DNA from: Psychromonadaceae bacterium
Lineage (GTDB): Bacteria > Pseudomonadota > Gammaproteobacteria > Enterobacterales > CBDFNC01
Length of the DNA stretch: 64,000 nucleotides
Assembly (NCBI GenBank): GCA_965249895.1
Contig: CBDFNC010000001.1
Span: forward strand, 1,163,024-1,227,023
Reading direction: 5' to 3'
Part shown: positions 9,989-17,965 of the stretch, piece after piece
How the letters are laid out: the number at the start of each line of letters is the position of its first letter
Position numbering within the stretch: the stretch's first letter is position 1
Notes under the pieces: generated by a model
What the model was told of the DNA's origin: nothing
The model's database searches: none
Seen by the model: the letters and a program-made list of their open reading frames with translations, nothing else
Made by a program: the position numbers and the translations under genes

Positions 9989-10684
9989 CTAACTTGCTAT
10001 TGGTTCGTCAACTAATAACAATCGATGTAGCAGCTCTATCGCTTGAGGTTCGCTTTCCGGTGTGAATTGTAAACCCAGAACTAGCAGGGACTTGCTTTGC
10101 TTTACATGGCAAGTTAGTGCAGCTAATGACAAGGTCTTATGATCGCCGGAAATAACAACGGTGAACTGATCTTCTACTTGCACTATCTGTTCGCTTTTTC
10201 CAACCATTTGAAAGCGGCACCCTTTGCTGGAAATATCAACCAGCTTTCCCGTTATATCCCACCCGTCTTTTGCCAGAGTTGCGTGAACTGAGCTGTTAAA
10301 GCGTGTTTCTGTTCTCAATTGTTGCAGGTTAACCAAATGGGGAAAATGAAGGGCGAGGGCTTGCGTCGGTAAGTCCACGTGTTGTATTAGCTGGGCTTTA
10401 AAAGTGATAACCGCGCCCGCTTCTCCTTCATCTATCAAAGCCCTAACCGTAAACTCCTGTCCTTGATTTAGTTCCGGTGTCTCATCGGATAGCTTGATAA
10501 TTTCAGGGTATTGTAACAGCAGGTATTGATCGGGCACATATCCGATAAAGCGAGAGCGGTATTTGGCTTTGCCCTTGTCACTGGTCTCAATATCCAGGGT
10601 GAGAAGGGCACCCGGGTTGATCCGTCGAAGTGTGGAAATGGCTGGCTCTCGATCTCGGTTCATGTTATCTCCCCAAGCTTTCAC
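9989..10684 (-). CDS. PilZ domain protein, YcgR-like c-di-GMP receptor
   Basis: C-terminal PilZ motifs RTETR (RxxxR) and DISSKG (DxSxxG). 231 aa. Sits next to a GGDEF gene. Confidence 0.65.
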   Translation of the reverse strand: MKAWGDNMNRDREPAISTLRRINPGALLTLDIETSDKGKAKYRSRFIGYVPDQYLLLQYPEIIKLSDETPELNQGQEFTVRALIDEGEAGAVITFKAQLIQHVDLPTQALALHFPHLVNLQQLRTETRFNSSVHATLAKDGWDITGKLVDISSKGCRFQMVGKSEQIVQVEDQFTVVISGDHKTLSLAALTCHVKQSKSLLVLGLQFTPESEPQAIELLHRLLLVDEPIAS

Positions 10685-10749
10685 TGATATTCAACATATT
10701 TAAATCTAGCCAAACTATTGATTTCGTCCAGTTTAAGTATGGGGAGTGA

Positions 10750-10761
10750 GGGGGGGGGGGG
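10750..10761. repeat. homopolymeric G12/C12 tract
   Basis: Twelve consecutive G on the plus strand, directly abutting the GGDEF stop codon and 65-75 nt upstream of the PilZ gene start. Confidence 0.9.
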
Positions 10762-11748
10762 CTAAATTTGTTGCTGCTGAGAAGTGTCGTCTGCATCTTC
10801 TTGGTCAGCATTGTCGCTGACGATACAGTTGCGACCTTTACCCTTGGCCAGGCGTAAACGGTCGTCTGCTAGTTTCATGATGTCATCCATGCTTATCCTG
10901 TGATCCTCCAATTCGACAACGCCCTGGCTGACGGTCATGGGTAAGGGTTGATCCAGTACTTTCAACTGGTGTTTACTCAGATAGCGCTTCAGCCTGGTTG
11001 CGACTTCTATGGCTTCGGGGAACTCGATCCGCCTTAGCAAAATAGCAAACTCTTCACCGGTGGTTCTGGCCAGCAGGTCGTCAGGTCGGATGCTGTTAAA
11101 TGCTACCTCAACAAAGTGGCGCAGCGCTTCGTCACCCAAATCGTGTCCATAAGTATCATTAAAGGTTTTAAACTGATCGATATCTACCAATATCAGGCAT
11201 GCAGGGAAGTCTTGTGGGATCAATTGACTGGTTTCCCGCAAAAATGTCCGGCGGTTATGGCAGCCGGTTAAGGGGTCGTGTTCAGACAAAAATCTCAGCC
11301 GGTATTCCAACCGTTTACGTTCGGTAATATTAACGGCAACCCAAACGACCCAGGGCGCTTCCCCAGGTTCATTGATCACGGAAAGGCGGCCCTGAAACCA
11401 CTGGTGGCATATAACGCCACTACCAGTAAGGGAGGTACAACAGGCCTTGTCCAGCTGGTACTCAAACACCCGCATATCCCCTGAAGATATAACCTGGTTT
11501 ATTTTTGTCAGGGCTAGCTCACCAAGTTGTTGGCCATAGATTTGCTTAATGTGTTGGCCTTCAACCTCTGAAACTTTGGCGTAGAGTCGGCGATCACTGC
11601 CCCCGGTGGCATAAAGGCAGGTGCCTTGTTGGTCAAAAATAAACATAGGATCAGGAAGGGCGAAAAGGAGATGCTGTATTTTATGTTGAATAATGTGAAG
11701 CGCTCTGCTCATACTCGGTCCCTTGTTGATGTATAAATGTGTCGCCAA
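10762..11748 (-). CDS. PAS-GGDEF diguanylate cyclase
   Basis: GGDEF domain with DPLTGCHNRR, ILVDIDQFKTFNDTYGHDLGDEALRHF and an active-site variant TTGEEF. N-terminal PAS-like region. Confidence 0.85.
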   Translation of the reverse strand: MATHLYINKGPSMSRALHIIQHKIQHLLFALPDPMFIFDQQGTCLYATGGSDRRLYAKVSEVEGQHIKQIYGQQLGELALTKINQVISSGDMRVFEYQLDKACCTSLTGSGVICHQWFQGRLSVINEPGEAPWVVWVAVNITERKRLEYRLRFLSEHDPLTGCHNRRTFLRETSQLIPQDFPACLILVDIDQFKTFNDTYGHDLGDEALRHFVEVAFNSIRPDDLLARTTGEEFAILLRRIEFPEAIEVATRLKRYLSKHQLKVLDQPLPMTVSQGVVELEDHRISMDDIMKLADDRLRLAKGKGRNCIVSDNADQEDADDTSQQQQI

Positions 11749-11946
11749 CTTATCCCTAGGCAGTAGAAATTTTATACGTTAACTGGTTTTTTTGCGAATC
11801 GAGCTTGTGTATGAGCCTTGCTAGCCACCCTCTGCTGTGAACTGGTTCCCATATGCTGGTGGTTTTCAGCATGGAGGTAACCGAGTTCACGGAGGAAATG
11901 TCAACTGTAAGCGGAGAGCGAAATTTTCCTGAGTTGACGTTTGTTG

Positions 11947-12435
11947 CTAGCTCAACCTGAATCTGGCGATGAGTTCACAACCATTGGTCTGACGATGTTG
12001 CTTCATTTGTGCTGCGATTTTGGGATTCGGGTGTCTCTTCAGGAAATCAAACAGAGCCCCTTCACAGCAACCTAGCGATTCGACAAAATCTGAGCATGAC
12101 TGGTTGGGGCACTGAGGGACGAGAGCCATGACTTGCTCTGAGGCTAATTGCAGATATTTTAATTCATATTCGGGCTCACTATGACTACGCCAGAATTTTG
12201 CCAGATTATGGCAAGAGGCTACTTTTGCTGTCAGTAGGTCCTGTGCATCATCCGCATTTATGCCGTCTATTTCCTGATCCTCTACTTCGGCAAAGGCTTT
12301 TTGATAAAGAACGATCGCCATCATATCATCCCCTTTATTAAGGGCTTCATCTGCATGAAGGGTAAAGCTCTCCCAGTTGGCGATATTCATATATAACTCC
12401 TGTAATAACCCTAGTAGATACTCTTTATAATTCAA
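11947..12435 (-). CDS. hypothetical protein (162 aa), partner of the upstream helicase
   Basis: Co-directional ORF 95 bp downstream of the helicase gene. No family recognised. Mostly helical-looking and Cys-rich near the C-terminus. Confidence 0.5.
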   Translation of the reverse strand: MNYKEYLLGLLQELYMNIANWESFTLHADEALNKGDDMMAIVLYQKAFAEVEDQEIDGINADDAQDLLTAKVASCHNLAKFWRSHSEPEYELKYLQLASEQVMALVPQCPNQSCSDFVESLGCCEGALFDFLKRHPNPKIAAQMKQHRQTNGCELIARFRLS

Positions 12436-12530
12436 TTGATAATCATTATCAACACTATAAACATAGGGCTTTTCATTAGAAGCCTTAAGGTGTGAGCTAG
12501 GGAAGGGGGAAACCTCACCTATACGACATT

Positions 12531-15317
12531 TTAAAAAATGTTTATATCGCTACTCAGAGCTAAGTCATTCTCTTCGACGAGCAGAGCTAACAATTGTTGC
12601 AGAGTACGTTGTCTTTGATATACCCAGCTACTGTAGGCAAGGGGGAATAGTGTGATCCCAGTGCGCTGAAACAGTTTGTAACGCTCCAAATGATAATATT
12701 GTTGGGACTCACCCGGGTAACCGATTAAATCTATGGCCAGCAGTTTATCGCCGTATTGGCAGGCAATATCCATCTCTGCCCCTGCTATGGGATAGTTTTT
12801 CCAGGTATTCACCCCATTGAGGGTTAGTATGCGACAAACCTCCCCCTGAAAAGCATCAAATTCCGTATCTTCGCTTAGATCGAAAGTAGCGGCGCGTTCA
12901 CAGGAGTGGATGTAGTCAAATAGCAAGGTACCGGATTTTAACCGGTGAGGTGGCGCCGATAAAAACAAGTAAAGGGCATCTCTGGCCCGGGTGATGGCGA
13001 CGTTAAATACATCGGCTCTGTTCATATACTGATAAGCGTGGCCAGAGCTTTCAGGATCCACACAAAACGAGATAAGCATGATATCTCTCTCGTCACCCTG
13101 GAATCCATAAGGCGTATCGACTCTTATTTGGTGCTTCTCCAATTTGTCAGGGTAAATATGCCGGGTGAGTAGTTTGTTTAAAATTTGAACTTGTTCTCTG
13201 AACGGCGACAAAATTCCTATGCTGGGAGTAATACCTTGGCGTTCATAGGATTGCAGTATGCTGTTAAGTTTGGCAAGCACGGCTTGTGCTTCACTGCGGT
13301 TTTTGCCGTTGTTATACACGCCGTCACAAAAAATCAACTCTATTGGGTTGTCATCAACCGCAGCGGGTTTTTGACGCATTAATTTTAATTGCTGGTTATA
13401 GAATTTTTTATTACTGAATTGGATAAGCTCGGGTTTACTGCGAAAATGCTCATCCAGCATCACTATGGCAGCTTGCTCCTTGATGGCGCTGTTCACCTGC
13501 TCCATCAGGCTATTGTCACGATAACTAGGTGGTAAATGGCCAAGATCAAACTTTTTCTGCAGCTTCTGCTCTTTATCCCTGGACAAGAAAGAAACAAACT
13601 TTAATTGTTTGGGATCTCCCACTACCACAGCTCGCTTTGCTCTGTAGAGTGCAGGTATAGCTGTCGCCATATCACATTGGGTTGCCTCGTCGATGATCAC
13701 CAGATCAAAAAGCTCCCGCTTTAGGGGCAGGCTGCGATGCAACTCTCCTAAGTTGCATAACCAAACAGGCAGTGCTTGTAGCAAAATATTGTAATCAATA
13801 TTGTCGAAATGACTTTCCTGGCTACTGGAATTTCGGGCCCGGATAGCCTTGGAGTAGTGTTGTAAATGCTCTCGATTGTCTTTGAGTACCCGGCTTAGTT
13901 GTTGTTTTCGGCTGCCGTTAATAAAATTGGCCAGCATCTTTTCACGTATCCGGTTTTCCTGGCAAATTTTATCAAACTGGGTAAACAGGGAGTGGTTGTT
14001 ATGGGCATCACGTTTGGCAATATACCCTTTAAAGCGATTAAGTAAACCCGGATGTTTTAAAGCCTTATGGGTAAACTTTCCGTGGCGAATTGCCTTTTTA
14101 CAGCGCTTGAGAAAGGTTTGCTCCAGGGTGAAAATCTTTGCTTTTTGTCGGGAAACGGCTCTTTGATCAACCCTTCCTTCCTGCTCCAGAGGGGTAAAGC
14201 CGCTAAGCAAGTCCAACAGGTATTTCTTTAGCTGCGATTGTTGGCTGGCGGCGCCAGCGCGAACAATAAAATCTTTCTGGCCTATCAGTGCGGCCAACTT
14301 GGTTTGGATCACCTCAATGGCTTCATCGGTCTGACTCAGGATAAGCACGGACTCTCCCTGCAGGTAGCGCTCCAATGCAATGCACGCAATGGTATAGGAC
14401 TTTCCTGTGCCAGGAGGGCCGACAATTTGGCTCACGGCATATTCATTGGCATTAAACAATGCCTTACTTTGGGCCCTGCTCAACAACCCTGGAATATTTT
14501 CCGGTCGGGCAGGTTTCGCCGAATTTATATAGGGCAAGTGGTAATTCAGTGTTTGCCGTAATGGAATGGAGAGACTTTCAGATTTTCTTATTTTCGTTAA
14601 TTCATGTAGCGTTCCCCTGGAAGCGAGAGACTGCTTCACCAGAGTTAAACAAGCTGCAGAGATAAGTTGGAATTTACCTTCCTTGGCATTGTTTTGTTTT
14701 TCTTCTATATAGCTGGCGTTGCTTAACTTGGGATAATGATATAGTTCCAGGCAATTTATCTCTTTGGTTAAACCTGTGATCCAGTGACTGAGCTTGGCGA
14801 CATCTTTGTCAGTGATCCCCTGAAATACGAATTTAGGCTCCTGGCGTTTTTTAGCTTCTCCTTGCATCCACTTTAACAAAGGCCAGTTTATGATAGGTTT
14901 GTCTCGCGCTATGGTGAGATAGTATTCCTGCTTGTCCTGTTCAATAAGCGCAGGATAATAAATAAGCGGAGCACAGACTTTCTTATTACCCGGGTAACTG
15001 GACGGCAGTTTTCCGATAATAAAAAAGCTACCGTAAAATAAGCTTTTTTCTCTTTGATAAGTGCGAACTGCTTTACTGAGCTCTTGGGCATAGGTTCTGG
15101 GTAGCGGAAGCCGGGGTAAAAAACCTGTGACCAATTCTTCCTGGCCGGACATTAAGCGTGTGTATTCGCAATTACGACCATAAACGTTAAACAGGTTTAG
15201 ATATCTATTATCGGCTTGGTAGCAGGCTCGAAAATACCTGATGAGATTGCGGCACTCCTGCTCCGACATACATTTCCTTGTAACTGCAGAGTAACGACTA
15301 GAAAGTGTATTTTGCAA
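12531..15317 (-). CDS. SF1 (Upf1/DNA2-like) helicase with C-terminal restriction-endonuclease-like (DUF559/Vsr-like) domain
   Basis: Walker A IVGPPGTGKSYTI, motif II VIIDEATQCD and GFQGDERDIMLIS (AAA_11/AAA_12 type). C-terminal ...EMDIACQYGDKLLAIDLIGYPGE... resembles the DUF559 nuclease fold. The N-terminal ~300 aa are unassigned. Confidence 0.8.
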   Translation of the reverse strand: MQNTLSSRYSAVTRKCMSEQECRNLIRYFRACYQADNRYLNLFNVYGRNCEYTRLMSGQEELVTGFLPRLPLPRTYAQELSKAVRTYQREKSLFYGSFFIIGKLPSSYPGNKKVCAPLIYYPALIEQDKQEYYLTIARDKPIINWPLLKWMQGEAKKRQEPKFVFQGITDKDVAKLSHWITGLTKEINCLELYHYPKLSNASYIEEKQNNAKEGKFQLISAACLTLVKQSLASRGTLHELTKIRKSESLSIPLRQTLNYHLPYINSAKPARPENIPGLLSRAQSKALFNANEYAVSQIVGPPGTGKSYTIACIALERYLQGESVLILSQTDEAIEVIQTKLAALIGQKDFIVRAGAASQQSQLKKYLLDLLSGFTPLEQEGRVDQRAVSRQKAKIFTLEQTFLKRCKKAIRHGKFTHKALKHPGLLNRFKGYIAKRDAHNNHSLFTQFDKICQENRIREKMLANFINGSRKQQLSRVLKDNREHLQHYSKAIRARNSSSQESHFDNIDYNILLQALPVWLCNLGELHRSLPLKRELFDLVIIDEATQCDMATAIPALYRAKRAVVVGDPKQLKFVSFLSRDKEQKLQKKFDLGHLPPSYRDNSLMEQVNSAIKEQAAIVMLDEHFRSKPELIQFSNKKFYNQQLKLMRQKPAAVDDNPIELIFCDGVYNNGKNRSEAQAVLAKLNSILQSYERQGITPSIGILSPFREQVQILNKLLTRHIYPDKLEKHQIRVDTPYGFQGDERDIMLISFCVDPESSGHAYQYMNRADVFNVAITRARDALYLFLSAPPHRLKSGTLLFDYIHSCERAATFDLSEDTEFDAFQGEVCRILTLNGVNTWKNYPIAGAEMDIACQYGDKLLAIDLIGYPGESQQYYHLERYKLFQRTGITLFPLAYSSWVYQRQRTLQQLLALLVEENDLALSSDINIF

Positions 15318-15360
15318 TTATGCGAAAAAAAGTAAAGCAAGATTAAATAAAAACTTGAAG

Positions 15361-15435
<75 letters not shown>

Positions 15436-15530
15436 AACAATGGCGTTGAGAAAACAACGGTAGTCATCCTACTTCATCCCCTGGGGAAAAGAAAGGCTCC
15501 CGGATACTGTTTGCTTAGACATTAAGCGAT

Positions 15531-15950
15531 TTAGCGTAAAGCTTGGGAAATTAAGCGGTAGGCATCACGATACTGGATAAAATTTGGAATATGCTCGGCG
15601 GCTATGTCCACCTGGCTTTTGCCTTGGGTATGTTGAACTATCACTTCCTTAGGAAAGATATATACCTGCAGGTGTTGCTCCGTATGTTCGGGATTGGCCA
15701 GCAGTGCCAGGAAATTAAAATCCAGATCCGGCAAGTTAGTGGTTTGATGCCACCTTAAGTCCAGCACTTCAACCAATGCACCTTTGGTCATGTCACAGCT
15801 GTTTACCAGGACATCGAAGTGCTGGTTATTTCTGGGAGTCAAATGAACCTTTAGTCCGGTGAACACACCAATTTTCCCAGCAACAAGGACTTCTGCTAAA
15901 TCTGCCAGCCGATTGTTTAGTCGATCACTCATCGGTACCTCACTCGGCAT
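15531..15950 (-). CDS. hypothetical protein (139 aa)
   Basis: ORF between the tRNA-Gly and the nucleotidase gene. No recognisable motif. Confidence 0.45.
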   Translation of the reverse strand: MPSEVPMSDRLNNRLADLAEVLVAGKIGVFTGLKVHLTPRNNQHFDVLVNSCDMTKGALVEVLDLRWHQTTNLPDLDFNFLALLANPEHTEQHLQVYIFPKEVIVQHTQGKSQVDIAAEHIPNFIQYRDAYRLISQALR

Positions 15951-16184
15951 TCGCCTGATAATAAATGAGTCAATGTCAGTGGAGGATACATAAGCTTTAT
16001 GGCCGGAAATATGGGGGCTTACCCATACGTAAGTATAGGGTAGAGCGGGCTAGCCATCTCAGGAGGAGGAGCTAAATGCAAGTATGTCTCGATGGAAACA
16101 GCTGACATTTTATTTGTCTCCCTGATACTCTGTTGCCGTCATCATTTGCCTTGTATGTTCAGTAAAAAGGAGAAGCAATAATTC

Positions 16185-17918
16185 ATGACATTAGCGGACA
16201 ATCCAGTTAGTTTTTATTTGGCCCACCTTAATGACAGCCACTCCCATTTTGAGTCCTCCCCTGTTTCCCTTATGTTGGAAGGGGCCGAAGAGGCCGTGTC
16301 TGTTAATTGCGGTGGTTATAGCCGTGTGGCTCATTTTGTTCGGCAGGCCAGGCAAAGGGCTGATAATGAACAGCGCTCTCTGCTGTTGTTACATGCCGGC
16401 GATAGTTTTCAGGGGTCGATGTATTTTTCCTGCTTTAAAGGGGCGGCCAATGCCGATGTATTAAACCTGCTGGCGCCGGACGCCATGACCATAGGTAATC
16501 ACGAGCTGGACTTAGGTAACAAAGCGTTGGTGGAATTTGCCAGATCGGTAGATTTTCCTTTGCTGGCGGCAAACATGGATATCAGCCAGGAATGCCCACA
16601 CAAAGCAGATCAATTGACAGGTTTACCCAATCTGGTGGCATTTAATAATCCGGCGCACCCGCAACGTTACCTCGTTAAGGAGGTTGCTGGTCAGGCCATC
16701 GCAATATTTGGGGTGACGGTGGACAATATGACGGAAATCGCTGAGCCAGACTCGGATACCCATTTCCTTGACGTTACCGAAACCACCAGAAGCCTGGTGA
16801 CACAAATCCATCGGGCGGGTATCAGGCGTATTATATTGCTGAGTCATTTGGGGTTTGCCAGAGATTGCCGGCTGGCAGAAGAAGTGGATGGTTTATCCCT
16901 GATTGTGGGTGGACACAGTCATACCCTGCAAGGAGACTTTTCAAACCTGGGGATCCAAGCCGATAGCGACTATGGCGTAGTTGTTAATGATACGGGGATC
17001 TTTCACTCCGGCAGTTTTACTACCACTGTGGGTCTGATGAAGGTGACCCTGGATGAGCAAGGTAAACTGGTGGGTTATCAGGGGGGGAATACCTTGCTTG
17101 TGGATAAAGCTAACCCATTTACATCTCCCTTCAATCAACAGCAACAAGTATTGGATTATCTAGAGCAACAAGCTAACGTAGCTGTAATAGACAGTGCTAC
17201 AGATATCGACTCGCTGCTTAAACAAAAGTACCAAGACAAGATCAGCCATTACCAGCAAGATGTCATCGCTCATCTGGAGAAGCCGCTACGCCATATTCGA
17301 GTACCCGATCGCCAAGGTGGTAGTGAGGTCGCCCCGCTTATTGCACAAGCGTTTCTACGTGAAACCAGGCATATGGGACATGATGCGGACTTCGCCATTA
17401 TTAACGGAGGCTGTGCCAGGGTATCACTCTCCGCGGGCCCCATTACCGCGGCCGATATCGCAGGCCGACTGTTACCATTTGCGCTGGAGTTGAATTGTTA
17501 TCGACTTTACGGGCGGGTGTTACGTGACGTACTGGAGCAAGCCATAAATAACTCGGTATTGATGGGTGGTACGGGCAGTTTTCCTTACCCGGCTAACCTG
17601 GATTTCGAATATCGGGCCTGTGCAGATACGGGGCGGCGTATCGTTAAGTTGAGAATATTAAATGCCCACGGTCAATGGGATGAAGTACAAGACGATAAGC
17701 TCTATGCCGGTGTTTCAACTGCATACATGACAGCGGGTAAAGATGGTTTTACCCCTTTGCTGAATCGTGAAGGTGAGCTGGTGGATGTGGGGTTAATTGT
17801 TGCCGAGTCTTTTATCCGTTATATGGGTAAGACGCAGAGCCCTGAGGGGAGCGAGGTAACTGCCAGCTTTGTTCGAGACTCGGATAAGATTGAGTCCATT
17901 AAAACCGTCCAGATATGA
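16185..17918 (+). CDS. bifunctional metallophosphatase / 5'-nucleotidase (UshA family), apparently cytoplasmic
   Basis: Metallophosphatase motifs LNDSHSH, GDSFQGS and GNHELD, plus a C-terminal 5'-nucleotidase domain. No signal peptide, unlike periplasmic UshA. Confidence 0.8.
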   Translation: MTLADNPVSFYLAHLNDSHSHFESSPVSLMLEGAEEAVSVNCGGYSRVAHFVRQARQRADNEQRSLLLLHAGDSFQGSMYFSCFKGAANADVLNLLAPDAMTIGNHELDLGNKALVEFARSVDFPLLAANMDISQECPHKADQLTGLPNLVAFNNPAHPQRYLVKEVAGQAIAIFGVTVDNMTEIAEPDSDTHFLDVTETTRSLVTQIHRAGIRRIILLSHLGFARDCRLAEEVDGLSLIVGGHSHTLQGDFSNLGIQADSDYGVVVNDTGIFHSGSFTTTVGLMKVTLDEQGKLVGYQGGNTLLVDKANPFTSPFNQQQQVLDYLEQQANVAVIDSATDIDSLLKQKYQDKISHYQQDVIAHLEKPLRHIRVPDRQGGSEVAPLIAQAFLRETRHMGHDADFAIINGGCARVSLSAGPITAADIAGRLLPFALELNCYRLYGRVLRDVLEQAINNSVLMGGTGSFPYPANLDFEYRACADTGRRIVKLRILNAHGQWDEVQDDKLYAGVSTAYMTAGKDGFTPLLNREGELVDVGLIVAESFIRYMGKTQSPEGSEVTASFVRDSDKIESIKTVQI

Positions 17919-17965
17919 GATAATTTAAAACAGACCGGACCTCTACTCGTTACCAGGAAGGATTT

